From the NCBI RefSeq assembly GCF_988243305.1, contig NZ_OZ547138.1: 64,000 nucleotides of DNA; one strand, given 5' to 3'. Made by a program: the position numbers and the translations under genes. Source of the stretch: a plasmid. The notes beneath the pieces were generated by a model. The model had not been told where the DNA came from and did no database searches. It saw nothing but the letters and a program-made list of their open reading frames with translations. Position 1 is the stretch's first letter. Each line of letters opens with the position of its first letter. Below are positions 1 to 9,848 of the stretch, in pieces.

Positions 1-18
1 ACCAGAAGGGCTTTTGTT

Positions 19-1314
19 TTAGCGTGCATAATATTTACCTGTAAATTGATAGTGGAAACGACCGTTCTCCAGTTGTCGTGTGACAGAGATAAAACGGACA
101 GAAGGCGCCTTCAGACGTTCAACCAGCTGGTATGCCGGGAGTAGCGTCTGTATCTGAAGGTCATACTCTTTCCACGGAGGCTGGATAATATTTCCGTTTT
201 CATCGGTGACACTGTTACTGACCTCCTGCCAGTCCAGCGTCAGTGGCATTGACTGAGCAAGCGTGGTCAGTTGTTCCTGCAGGACAGAGCTTTCCGGCAG
301 AGCATCAACGTCGACGGGATGTTCAGGCAGGCGGAAGCTGACTGGCAGGCCAATGCCGCCGATCTTTCCTTCCGGCATCACAATAAAGGGGCGGGTGCCC
401 GTCATATCACTGATGCGCCGGATGAAGTCAGTCACTGTCGCGCCAGCTGTATTAGTGTACGAGGCGCGAAGATTGCCGCTGCCGCCGTCAGTTGAACATT
501 CAGCCAGCGAATAACGCCATCCGGCGGCAGACAGTGGCAGTGACGTCCATATGTCAGCACATCCCTGGATAAATGCGTCGGTTTCGGGGAGTCCGGGCCA
601 GGGGGGACTGATTTGTTCCTCTGTGACCTGTCGGGCAGCTGCTGCCTGCGCGGCTTGTTCAGTCTTCCACCGTTCATAATACTGCCAGCCGTACCATGCA
701 GCGCCGAGAAGGGCGATGATCAGCGAGACAGTGATGAACTGCGCTCCCCGGGATACCGGATTCAGGCGCGCGGCAGCCGGATGTTTACCAGAGCCGGTCA
801 GGGTGGACAGCGGCAGGGCCTGATTCTGATCGCCTGCTGAAAATGCCACCGGTTCATAGCGTGTCCAGCCCTGCTCCGGTTCGGTGTTGATGGAAAGAAA
901 GGTATCCCGGGCTTCACGGACCTCTTCTCCGCTTCCCACCAGGTCACTGACGAGAACACCGTCGACAGCGGAAACAAAGCTGTAGCGCGGTGTTTCTCCG
1001 GGTAACGTCAGTTCCGTGATGGCATAGCCGCCCTGTTCAAGCAGTGGCAGGATCAGCAGGGCGAGGGAGAGGTACTGACGGGGTTTTCCGGGCAGTATGC
1101 GGCGACTGGCTGTGGCCACCATGGTGTGGGTGTTGGCATCTTCATTACTGAGATACTGACAGGCCAGGAAAAGGTCGGCTTTCTGTGCCCGGGCAAAGTC
1201 GCGGGCATGCCGGTACTGTGAGGGCAGTGTTTTCCATTCCAGACCGGCCAGAAACACATTGCGCCCTGCCGTCAGCGGAAACATCTGCCGCTCTGTCGGT
1301 GAAATATCCGTCAC
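19..1314 (-). CDS. pilO: Thin (type IV) pilus biogenesis protein PilO, IncI1 R64-type
   Basis: 431-aa ORF, last of a co-directional pilL-M-N-O run whose sizes match my memory of R64 (PilO 431 aa). It has one mid-protein TM segment (FITVSLIIALLGAAWYGW). Confidence 0.8.
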   Translation of the reverse strand: MTDISPTERQMFPLTAGRNVFLAGLEWKTLPSQYRHARDFARAQKADLFLACQYLSNEDANTHTMVATASRRILPGKPRQYLSLALLILPLLEQGGYAITELTLPGETPRYSFVSAVDGVLVSDLVGSGEEVREARDTFLSINTEPEQGWTRYEPVAFSAGDQNQALPLSTLTGSGKHPAAARLNPVSRGAQFITVSLIIALLGAAWYGWQYYERWKTEQAAQAAAARQVTEEQISPPWPGLPETDAFIQGCADIWTSLPLSAAGWRYSLAECSTDGGSGNLRASYTNTAGATVTDFIRRISDMTGTRPFIVMPEGKIGGIGLPVSFRLPEHPVDVDALPESSVLQEQLTTLAQSMPLTLDWQEVSNSVTDENGNIIQPPWKEYDLQIQTLLPAYQLVERLKAPSVRFISVTRQLENGRFHYQFTGKYYAR

Positions 1315-1334
1315 GATCGTCCTCCTTGTGCAAA

Positions 1335-2954
1335 TCAGATGATATTGGGCGTGATCAGCACCACGAGAATGGTGTCGTCGTTTTCACTGTTGATCCCACC
1401 GCCAAGACCGAAGAATCCCGGCGTGCCTACACCCTGTTTTCCGCTGCGACGTCCTGACTGCTGGAAGCCACTGATAATGACCGTCTGCCCGGATTTCAGA
1501 TCCACGGTCTGATTGATGGTTTTCAGATCCACATTCGGCAGCTGGGCTTTACTTCCACCGCTCTCATAATTCTCAATAACCGGTTTGTCGGAGAGACTCA
1601 TGGAATAGAGCAACTGCAGTGTCTGTGAGTCCGGGAGAATGAACGGCAGAAGGGTCATGTTAAAACCGGTGGTGATGGTGGCCGCATTCAGGGAGGTGGA
1701 TGAGCCGACATTGGCAGTGGTATCCGTCGTCACACTCTCTATGTAACTCTGCTGATTGGCGATCTGCATTGGCACCGGCGTCAGGTTTTTGGTGACGGCA
1801 GAGTTCTGGGTCACCACACTGACATCCCCCTGGGAAGACAATGCTTTCAGGAAGGCTTTTGAACCGGTGAGTTTACCGTCCACAATGGAAACACCACCTG
1901 TGATGGCATCACTGGCTGCACTGGTGAATGTGCTGCCGAGACTCAGTCCCAGCGTTCTGTCGCTGAAGACTGCGTTCCAGTCGATACCGGCCTGCTCATT
2001 GCGGGTTTTCCGGATACTCAGAATTTCCACATTCAGCACCACCTGACGTTTCATCTCTTCATTGCGTTTTTCAATGAATGCCCGGACCGTTTCCAGAACC
2101 TGTGGATTATCTGTGACGGTGATAAAGCCCGTGGACATGAACATGCGTCCGATACCCGGGGTCAGCATTGATGTGACCGCATTTTTCACATCCTGATACA
2201 GCGCAGACTTCATATCCACTGTGGTGGTCTGGGTATTGCTGGCATCACCGGAAATGGCATCTGATGCACTGCCTCCTGATGAGCCGTTTGAGGACATGGT
2301 GCCGCTGACCACAGTAGCGTTATAGGCCACCTGACTGTCCATATAGGTGATGGGGAAGGTCTGTGTCTCGAGATAATAGAAGATGATATGCGAGCCGTCA
2401 TAGCGCCAGGATATACCGAGACGGGAGGAGACCGCATTCAGCAGGGTCGTCAGGCCGGAGGCATTCAGTTCAGACAGTGCTGCGGTATTTCCCGGCAGAC
2501 GGGATGGTGGCGTGTCAGATGCGCCAATGGCGGCAAGGGGAACCATGCCGCTCGCATCCGGTGGGGGTAACGCGCCCTGGATTTGTTGTGTGCTGCCGGT
2601 TGTGGATGTATTCAGGTATGCCAGTACATCAGGTGTGATCCGTACCGGAATATGGCAGCTTTCCGTGATCCGCTGAACCACCTGCTGAAGGGTGATGCTC
2701 TGACGGGTATGAATGACAATGGGACAACCGGGAACGGTTTTGCCGGTGTTTTTATCCATGACCGGACGGGGATTGATCCATTGTCGTGAGGATTCCTTAA
2801 CAACCGGCGTCCGGGTTCGCAGATCAGACATCATTTCCCGTGCCCGTTGTTGTTCCGCAACGGCTTCCTTTCTTGTGCTCTCAAGCTGTCTGTAACTGGC
2901 ACAGCCCTGTAACAGAGCGGCGGCAATCATAATGGCAAGAATTTTTTTATTCAT
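1335..2954 (-). CDS. pilN: Thin-pilus secretin lipoprotein PilN
   Basis: 539-aa ORF with a lipoprotein signal (AALLQGC). The C-terminal half looks secretin-like (Gly/Ser/Thr-rich beta region ending ILVVLITPNII). Position is between pilM and pilO. Confidence 0.85.
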   Translation of the reverse strand: MNKKILAIMIAAALLQGCASYRQLESTRKEAVAEQQRAREMMSDLRTRTPVVKESSRQWINPRPVMDKNTGKTVPGCPIVIHTRQSITLQQVVQRITESCHIPVRITPDVLAYLNTSTTGSTQQIQGALPPPDASGMVPLAAIGASDTPPSRLPGNTAALSELNASGLTTLLNAVSSRLGISWRYDGSHIIFYYLETQTFPITYMDSQVAYNATVVSGTMSSNGSSGGSASDAISGDASNTQTTTVDMKSALYQDVKNAVTSMLTPGIGRMFMSTGFITVTDNPQVLETVRAFIEKRNEEMKRQVVLNVEILSIRKTRNEQAGIDWNAVFSDRTLGLSLGSTFTSAASDAITGGVSIVDGKLTGSKAFLKALSSQGDVSVVTQNSAVTKNLTPVPMQIANQQSYIESVTTDTTANVGSSTSLNAATITTGFNMTLLPFILPDSQTLQLLYSMSLSDKPVIENYESGGSKAQLPNVDLKTINQTVDLKSGQTVIISGFQQSGRRSGKQGVGTPGFFGLGGGINSENDDTILVVLITPNII

Positions 2955-2984
2955 GGGAGATCCGTGATTTATTCAGATTCGTGA

Positions 2985-3422
2985 CTAATTCATCCAGAGG
3001 ATGACGTGATCGGGGATCACTGACGGAAGTGTGATGGAAAGCGCTCTGCCGGCAGTGTCCAGCAGTCGGCCGTTTTCCACCCTGCCGAGCAGAGCAGAGT
3101 CATTACACTGTTCCCTGAGCGCGGCCATCAGGCCCGGGGTTTCTGTAGCCCAGACAAAAACACGTTGCTGGCTGATGATATGACTGACGGTATCCGTCCC
3201 GGGAATCCCGAGCTGAGTGGATGTCAGCCGCCCTCCGGCTGTCCGTCGTTCCGGATGCTGATGCAGGTAATCATTGATGGCGTTCATATAACGAATGAAC
3301 GTTGCTGCCTGTTGTGTATTTTCTGCGGCCTGATGACGGTGTTCGCTGCGGGAGAGCTGACTGGTGAACCAGAAATTGCCTGTGGTCGTGATGACCATGA
3401 TGAACACGATGAACCAGCCCAT
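2985..3422 (-). CDS. pilM: Thin-pilus protein PilM
   Basis: 145-aa ORF with an N-terminal TM segment, 4 nt downstream of pilL. Size and position are as in R64 pilM. Confidence 0.75.
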   Translation of the reverse strand: MGWFIVFIMVITTTGNFWFTSQLSRSEHRHQAAENTQQAATFIRYMNAINDYLHQHPERRTAGGRLTSTQLGIPGTDTVSHIISQQRVFVWATETPGLMAALREQCNDSALLGRVENGRLLDTAGRALSITLPSVIPDHVILWMN

Positions 3423-3426
3423 AAGG

Positions 3427-4497
3427 TTATTCCTGTGGACGATCTGTCACCCGCAGCAGACATTGTGCTGTGCTGGTCCGGGCATACAGCGGTTTTTCCA
3501 CCGGGGTGTAGAGTGCGAAGAGCTGTTCCAGCGCCTGGCGGAAACTGCCGGTGAAAACCAGAGGGGCATCGATGCTGTAGTTGACAGGTGTTTCCCAGCG
3601 TAGCGTCCAGGTGCCGTGGGGGCATTTTTCGGATGATGTCCAGCGGGCCAGTCCGTCTTTCAGGGTGGTCCCTTTTTCCATTTTCCACTGCCGTGGCGGT
3701 ATGACCTTCTGCGGTGGTGGCACTACCGGTTTCGTGGCCACCGGGGCTGGCGTGGTTGTTCTGCTCTCTGGTGTTCCGGATGTCCCGGTGGTGGTCTGAG
3801 CCCGGGAAACGCTGACGGCAGGTGTCACTGGTGTCGGGCCTGCCGGCGTTGCGGTGCTGCCCCTGAACGGATTACGCGGTGTATCAGCAGCTTTCTGTGA
3901 ACCCTGCGGTGCCGTGACGTCGACCGGCGGTGTTGCAGAGGTCGTGACAGTCAGTATTTTCCTGTTCCAGTCCATATGTCCGTAAAGCTGCTGGCCGGCC
4001 AGCAGCGCATTCAGTGCCCGGTGCCACTGGTCATTAACGGACCAGACGGGGAGGCGTTTGTTCAGTGCCGGTATGGCAGCGTTCTGTTGCCGGAACTGCC
4101 AGCCGGGTGGCAGCAACGGGCGTATCCAGTCACTGACGGAGCGCTGACGTGCCTCACGTAAATAAACGACGGATGACTGACCGGGTTTACCGGTCATAAC
4201 CAGTGCGGGCAGCTGTGTGGCCTGAAGGAGCGGGCGGGGAGGCAGTGCGGTACTCTGGCTGCTGACTGCGGTTGTGGGCGTCGCTGTTGTTGTCGGGCGG
4301 GGCGGCGTCACAGGGCGGGTCACCGGTGGCGGAAGCAGACGTTTTTGCGTATGGGCGATAATGGCAGCGCTTTCGCGAATTTGTCCGTCGACGAACACCA
4401 GAGCCGGAGGCGTGGTGTCAGGAACAGGCGTGGCATTAAAGGCCGTACAGCCGCTGAGTAATGACGGCAGAAGGAGTGTAAGTGATTTCTTTTTCAT
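3427..4497 (-). CDS. pilL: Thin-pilus lipoprotein PilL
   Basis: 356-aa ORF with lipobox LLSGC and Pro/Thr-rich linkers. It is the first gene of the pilL-O run. Confidence 0.8.
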   Translation of the reverse strand: MKKKSLTLLLPSLLSGCTAFNATPVPDTTPPALVFVDGQIRESAAIIAHTQKRLLPPPVTRPVTPPRPTTTATPTTAVSSQSTALPPRPLLQATQLPALVMTGKPGQSSVVYLREARQRSVSDWIRPLLPPGWQFRQQNAAIPALNKRLPVWSVNDQWHRALNALLAGQQLYGHMDWNRKILTVTTSATPPVDVTAPQGSQKAADTPRNPFRGSTATPAGPTPVTPAVSVSRAQTTTGTSGTPESRTTTPAPVATKPVVPPPQKVIPPRQWKMEKGTTLKDGLARWTSSEKCPHGTWTLRWETPVNYSIDAPLVFTGSFRQALEQLFALYTPVEKPLYARTSTAQCLLRVTDRPQE

Positions 4498-4598
4498 AGA
4501 ATAAATCCGGTATGTATCGGGTTACGGTATAAGACAGGTGGCTGGTAACAGGTCTTCAGATAAATATAATATCATCAGGATATTGATGATGAACATTC

Positions 4599-5039
4599 AT
4601 GTTCGGGGTGATTATGAAAACTAAAACATTCCGGTTCCGGAAATATAAAAAGAAAAACGTCCTGCTGCAAATAATAGTTTCCAGGAAACAAGTGATATTG
4701 TTACGCAATATTATGACGGACTCTTTATTGTTTTGCTCGATAGGTTTTGTGTTTATGAATATGTGTGATTCAAAATATACGTTGATTTCTGGTGAGGGTG
4801 GTTTACGTGCTGATTGTGCCGATTATTTATTCTTTGCCGTATATGCAATTGCGTTGCTAATGATAATTTTATGGATGACAGCTTCAGTTATTTATTCTAT
4901 TGAAGAATATACGAGTCAGGAAAAATACGGTAAAAGTAAAGTCTATAGTTACTTCTGGTTTTTTATCTGGTTTTTTGTTTTTAACTGTGCTGTTTATTCT
5001 TCTCTGAAGGCAATAAATATAAAAGATATAATCAGCTAA
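4599..5039 (+). CDS. Hypothetical small membrane protein (low-GC islet)
   Basis: 146-aa ORF with several hydrophobic segments in a visibly AT-rich stretch. Start is uncertain (a second ATG gives MKTKTF). I recognise no family. Confidence 0.45.
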   Translation: MFGVIMKTKTFRFRKYKKKNVLLQIIVSRKQVILLRNIMTDSLLFCSIGFVFMNMCDSKYTLISGEGGLRADCADYLFFAVYAIALLMIILWMTASVIYSIEEYTSQEKYGKSKVYSYFWFFIWFFVFNCAVYSSLKAINIKDIIS

Positions 5040-5919
5040 TGGCAGCAGAGGGATTCACGATAAAACCAATGACGTAACCTGTTCCCGAGCAATAAAGGAC
5101 TGTTGCCGGGGATGTTTTTCGTGTATCCCATATCTTTGAATCTGTATCAGATGGCGTGTGTTCAATGACCGATAAACTGGCCGGAATGGTCGTGTTAAAA
5201 AAAATACTTAACGCGCCTGTAAATAAAGCAGCGGGAAGAGAAATGCTGGAATGATATATCCATGTGGAGAGTATCAGTGCCAGAATAGCATTTCCTGTAT
5301 TTATATAATAAAACCAGTCGTTATGGCGCAGATACCGGGTAACGGAGAGCCCCCTGGCGGACACGCCATCCGGGAAATGCAGCGCCAGAAGTAGGAGATA
5401 AATAACTGCTATTTCAGCCAGTGTAACAGGCAGCATAATGGAAAGACGTGACAGGAATGACATCAGCATGTCACTTATGACAGGATTAAGTCGTGTTGAA
5501 GATAATTCGTAAATGCCGGTTGTAAAACAGAACATATAACCCAGTCCGGCATAAGCAATAATGGAAACCGGCGTCAGTTTGTTTGATTTGTATGTTTTAT
5601 ACGTTCTCGTTGCTTCTTTAATGGTTAAAATTGTCAGCAGGGATGTGAGAATCATAACGGGTGGTATATATATGCAGATATATACCTGCAAAGGGTACTC
5701 AGTATCGTATACCCGGGTTGTTAATATAACGGACAGACTCAGTAAGGATATATTTCCGAAATGAAACCAGCGATACTGTTGAAGATACTGGAAAACAGTG
5801 ATGCCTGAAGAAAATGTCCATTTGCCGCGAGCATAAATAACAACCCAGAATAAAGAACTAATGATACATACCATCAGTATGCCGGGTAATATTGCAAAAA
5901 TAAATGATGATGTGCTCAT
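5032..5919 (-). CDS. Hypothetical polytopic membrane protein with two-fold internal repeat
   Basis: 295-aa ORF with about 8 hydrophobic segments. GITVFQYLQQYRWFHFGNISLLSLSVILTTRVY aligns with GLSVTRYLRHNDWFYYINTGNAILALILSTWIY. The DNA is AT-rich. Confidence 0.6.
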   Translation of the reverse strand: MSTSSFIFAILPGILMVCIISSLFWVVIYARGKWTFSSGITVFQYLQQYRWFHFGNISLLSLSVILTTRVYDTEYPLQVYICIYIPPVMILTSLLTILTIKEATRTYKTYKSNKLTPVSIIAYAGLGYMFCFTTGIYELSSTRLNPVISDMLMSFLSRLSIMLPVTLAEIAVIYLLLLALHFPDGVSARGLSVTRYLRHNDWFYYINTGNAILALILSTWIYHSSISLPAALFTGALSIFFNTTIPASLSVIEHTPSDTDSKIWDTRKTSPATVLYCSGTGYVIGFIVNPSAAIS

Positions 5920-6111
5920 TATTAAATCTCCATCAGCATGGTGATGCTTAAATTTTTACGGTTGTGAGGTGCGTAATAAATATCATGTGTAGTTGTGAAT
6001 AATAGCGTCAGCAACATATATAAAAATAATCTGCATTCCTGAAAAATATCGTGGTTGTGAAATATTTAATTTTTACCCCCTTTTATGGGGGATGAAAAGC
6101 AGGCTGTCAGG

Positions 6112-6354
6112 CTATAACTGAACGCGGTTTCTGGATTTTGGTGCTAATGTCACATCTTTCCATTCACAGCTGCTTCCGGGGATACGCTCTTTGCGTCGTA
6201 TTATACGGGAGTTCTGACACACAATAATTAAGCCATTGTCTGCCGTCTGAAATGGCATTATAGCGATGTTTATATCTTCTGTTGCAGGAATATAACTGAC
6301 TTTCTTTTCACATGTATTGGTGTATATGACAACTCTGAATTTTTCTGCGGACAT
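6112..6354 (-). CDS. Hypothetical 80-aa protein downstream of yqiK-like gene
   Basis: Internal ATG (MSAEKFRV) preceded by an AAGAGGA SD at 6-nt spacing. The track ORF extends to 6429, which I consider an over-extension. Confidence 0.45.
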   Translation of the reverse strand: MSAEKFRVVIYTNTCEKKVSYIPATEDINIAIMPFQTADNGLIIVCQNSRIIRRKERIPGSSCEWKDVTLAPKSRNRVQL

Positions 6355-6434
6355 TTTCAATCCTCTTTTAAACCAGAATATCCCGTGAGGGCATTCTTTG
6401 TGAAAAAGATGCCGGAAAAATTCCGGCACGGGGA

Positions 6435-8129
6435 TTAAACCTGTTGTGGTTCTGAGTTATCCGGAGCGGTTACCGGTTCGCTGACATCCGGAACCTTTTC
6501 CGGGGCAGGCATGACCAGTGGACGTGTCAGGGCTGTAAGTCCTTCACCGGATAAACCCACCTCTTTCAGCAGGGAGTCGATGAGCGGAGCCTGTGTACGG
6601 TAAGCCAGAGCGGCGGTTACTGCCTGTTCAGCGAGATTTCCGCCACTTATGTCGGTTGTTGCTGTTTTACCGCGGGTAACACCGCCATTCAGACCATCCA
6701 CCTGAATGATTTTAATACCGTCAATGGATTTCATTGGTTCTGTGGACTTCTCTATGACGGCAGGTAATGCATCCAGCAGGGCAAGACGGAAGCGGAGGCT
6801 GGTCTGCTCATCCGAAAGCACGTTAATGGCATCGTTCAGTGCGCGCTGTGCTTCTGCTTCTGCCAGACCTTTCTGACGGGTGGCCTCCGCCAGTTCAATA
6901 ATTGCTGCTGCCTGGAGTTCGGCTGCTTCTTTTTCAGCCTGTGCGCGAACCGTCAGTTCAACCGCTTTCGTTTCAGCTTCCTGAGCAGCAGCAATCAGGG
7001 CAACCTGTTTGGTACGGTCGGCCTCCGCAGTCTGGCGGGTGGTTTCCACATCCTGCTGGGCCTGTACGGCCTCAGCCAGTGCTTTACTTGCCCGGGCTTC
7101 TGCCTGTGACTGCTCTTCCGATTTTGCCGCCACGGCAATGGCTCTGGCCTGGCTGGCGATTTCGGTTGCCTGCTGTTGCTCAATTTCCCGTATGGCCACT
7201 TCCCGTTCGGCTTCGACCTGGCGGGTACGCACTATCTGCTGTCGTTCGATTTCGGCTTCCTCTATCTTACGTTCAGCCAGAATTCGCGCGGATTCTGCTT
7301 CACGACGTCGTTCAGCTTCAATAGCAGCAATACTGGCACTCTGCTCTGCCGTACGGGTTTTTACCCGTTGTTGTTGCTCCAGAGTCATGAAGGCTTCCTG
7401 CTGTTCAATCTCCAGACGTCGGGAGAGTGCATCCCGGTTTTTTTCCCTGATGGCCACTTCAACATCCTGCTCAACTTCGTTGCGTTCGCGGCGACGACGT
7501 TCTGTTTCCTGGGTCAGAAGGGTCAGGCCTTCAGCATCAAAGGCATTGTCAGGATTAAAATGTACCCGTGCAGTCTGGTTGAAACTTGTCAGCGACACAC
7601 TTTCAAGCTCCAGACCGTTTTTGGATAAGTCTTCCGCAACGGTGTTCTGCACACCCTGAACAAAGTTCTCGCGGGCATCCTGTAAATCCTGCATGCTCAT
7701 TCTGGCCGCCGTGGCCCGTAGGGCATCAACAAATTTATCCTCGACCAGACTACGCAGATCTTCAGGTGTGAGCGTGCGTTGTCCCAGCGTCTGGGCTGCA
7801 GTGGATATTCCTTCGGCTGATGGTTTTACCCGAAGAAAAAAGGCAACGGCAACATCAACACGCATACGGTCGCGGGTTATGAGACTTTCAGCCGCTGCAC
7901 GACTGACTTCCAGCTTCAGGGTGTTCATGTTGACGGGAATTGTTTCGTGAAAAATGGGCATAACAATTGCACCGCCACTCATTACCACTTTTTGGCCTCC
8001 CAGACCTGTGCGGACAAAGGCCTGCTCTGCCGATGCCCGGCGGTACAGGCGGGCAAATATCAGCCCGATAACGAACAGGGTGAGGACCAGCGCTATAACG
8101 GTAAACAACCATCCCGGAAGATTAAACAT
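6435..8129 (-). CDS. yqiK: SPFH/flotillin-family membrane protein (YqiK-like)
   Basis: 564-aa ORF with an N-terminal TM, an SPFH-like region, then a long Ala/Glu/Gln/Arg-rich coiled coil. Size and organisation match E. coli YqiK (about 553 aa), and it is paired with a YqiJ-like gene upstream. Confidence 0.85.
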   Translation of the reverse strand: MFNLPGWLFTVIALVLTLFVIGLIFARLYRRASAEQAFVRTGLGGQKVVMSGGAIVMPIFHETIPVNMNTLKLEVSRAAAESLITRDRMRVDVAVAFFLRVKPSAEGISTAAQTLGQRTLTPEDLRSLVEDKFVDALRATAARMSMQDLQDARENFVQGVQNTVAEDLSKNGLELESVSLTSFNQTARVHFNPDNAFDAEGLTLLTQETERRRRERNEVEQDVEVAIREKNRDALSRRLEIEQQEAFMTLEQQQRVKTRTAEQSASIAAIEAERRREAESARILAERKIEEAEIERQQIVRTRQVEAEREVAIREIEQQQATEIASQARAIAVAAKSEEQSQAEARASKALAEAVQAQQDVETTRQTAEADRTKQVALIAAAQEAETKAVELTVRAQAEKEAAELQAAAIIELAEATRQKGLAEAEAQRALNDAINVLSDEQTSLRFRLALLDALPAVIEKSTEPMKSIDGIKIIQVDGLNGGVTRGKTATTDISGGNLAEQAVTAALAYRTQAPLIDSLLKEVGLSGEGLTALTRPLVMPAPEKVPDVSEPVTAPDNSEPQQV

Positions 8130-8155
8130 AGTGAGAACCTCTGTATATGTCGGGA

Positions 8156-8776
8156 TTAAAGAACATCCGGCCAGGGATTCAGTTCGCCCAGCCAGCGGGA
8201 ACCGGAAAGACGGCAGACAATAATCACTTTGTCTCCTCGTCTGAATTCTTTCCCGGCCTCCGGCTCCAGCAACAGGTAATGAACCTGCCCGAAGCGGTCT
8301 GTGAAGCGACCTTCACAGGGGGAACCCGCCACTGCGTGATAACCAGTGATGGTGGCCATACAGCCGATGAATGCCTCCTCGGTGAGCGCCGTTGTTTCAT
8401 CACGGGGTAACCAGGGGGCAATCAGTCTGCCGGTGCGGTGTACGAGAGGACATGTCAGCAGCAGGCAAAGTGGTGCAAGGAGAATGTTCGGGGCAGGAGC
8501 CTGCAGCAGATGAATAATAAGACCCTGCAGGAGAATGCCGGATATACCAAAAAAACCTGCCAGCATACAGAGGACGATCAGCAGGGGGATCCGTCCGATG
8601 TTCAGCCAGTCCAACGCCTCTCCTGTCAGACCCTCCGGTAAATCAGGTGTATCCATAGCTGAAGAGAGGGAGTGTCCGCAGAGCAGGGCGATAAGTTCAG
8701 CGATACCAGTAAGCAGAACAAAAGTCAGGGCTGCCAGATAGGGTGCGTTATACGCGGTAAGTAACGTCAGTGTCAT
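8156..8776 (-). CDS. yqiJ: NfeD-like inner membrane protein (YqiJ-like)
   Basis: 206-aa ORF with 3-4 TM segments followed by a soluble C-terminal beta domain. It lies 27 nt upstream of the flotillin gene, the classic NfeD-SPFH operon arrangement. Confidence 0.75.
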   Translation of the reverse strand: MTLTLLTAYNAPYLAALTFVLLTGIAELIALLCGHSLSSAMDTPDLPEGLTGEALDWLNIGRIPLLIVLCMLAGFFGISGILLQGLIIHLLQAPAPNILLAPLCLLLTCPLVHRTGRLIAPWLPRDETTALTEEAFIGCMATITGYHAVAGSPCEGRFTDRFGQVHYLLLEPEAGKEFRRGDKVIIVCRLSGSRWLGELNPWPDVL

Positions 8777-9042
8777 TTTTCCTCCTGTGGCAGGTCAGTC
8801 AAACAACATTATGGCGTGAAGCTTCCGCTTCTTTAATTGTCAGAAGAAGCATATCGTCAGTCATCAGAAGACAAGGGGATGTCTGCAGGAGGGGATGATA
8901 ACAACAGAAGCCTCACGCCGGAATGCGCTTTATGACAACCGGAGAGGACGGATAATCAAAATTGGGACATCCACATCAGCAAACCGCTATTTGCGAAAAA
9001 AAGTCAGCGGAGAGTGGCTGCCGTTGTGGCTGTCCCGGTATT

Positions 9043-9708
9043 TCAGTGTAACAGGTGATTGCTGTGATCTATGCCCCATTCGGCTTTCGGTAAACCTGAA
9101 TACCCCACATGAAGAATGCGTGACAGCATGTTTCTGCCGCTGCCGTTCAGGCTGCATTCGCGTCCGTGCGCGAGTATAAAACCTTCATCCCGGAATATCT
9201 CTTCCACTTCTGAAGATTCGAGGGATGCCGGATGAATTAATGAAAATGCCACCGGTCTGAGCATTCTGCCCGTGGTGGAAAAGGTGTCTCTGGTACTGTT
9301 CAGTTGCAGGATATGACGTTTACCTGTTTGCGCACGGGAAAGTGTCTCACTCAGCAGCTGGTCGCTCCATGCGCACGTGCCAATCTGCCATCCCAGACTC
9401 CTGCACGCGGCAAGAGCCGAGCGGAAGCGGTACAGGTCGTATAATGCTGCGTTATTGCCACTTTCCAGCAGTGATTTCAGGGTGTTTGCTACCGGTATGT
9501 CTGAATTGGTGGCCAGCAGTTTTCGCAGGGTAGTGAACTCTTCAGCCATTCCTCTGAACTCGCGCATCTGACGGGCAGTGTCAAGCCAGTTCAGCAGGTA
9601 ACGCCGGCGACGCCGTTCGTTGTTTATGTTGTCCGGGGCGGTGGAGAGTGCTTCGAGCATATTCTCCAGTAACAGAATGACAGGGTTTTCCTGGGATAGA
9701 ATGGTCAT
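9043..9708 (-). CDS. Hypothetical protein in the position of IncI1 transfer regulator TraC
   Basis: 221-aa ORF directly downstream of the NusG-like traB gene. The assignment is by position only; I do not recognise the sequence. Confidence 0.55.
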   Translation of the reverse strand: MTILSQENPVILLLENMLEALSTAPDNINNERRRRRYLLNWLDTARQMREFRGMAEEFTTLRKLLATNSDIPVANTLKSLLESGNNAALYDLYRFRSALAACRSLGWQIGTCAWSDQLLSETLSRAQTGKRHILQLNSTRDTFSTTGRMLRPVAFSLIHPASLESSEVEEIFRDEGFILAHGRECSLNGSGRNMLSRILHVGYSGLPKAEWGIDHSNHLLH

Positions 9709-9848
9709 AAAGGCGTCCTGAAAAAATGCCCGACAGCCGCTCTCCGTACACCCTCAGGTGTCACCGGTGCCGGGCATTGTGGAAACAGAAGGGAAAAAAA
9801 TCCCGGCCATAAAGGCCGGGAAAAGTCGTCAAATTAAGACAGCAATTT

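Noticed and set aside
7009-7659. Plus-strand ORFs (216 aa, 150 aa, 140 aa) inside the flotillin gene; minus-strand 248-aa ORF (19149-19895) inside cib
   Set aside because: They are antisense to long coiled-coil coding regions, whose biased codon usage leaves the opposite strand open. Their composition is Ser/Arg/Cys-rich nonsense.
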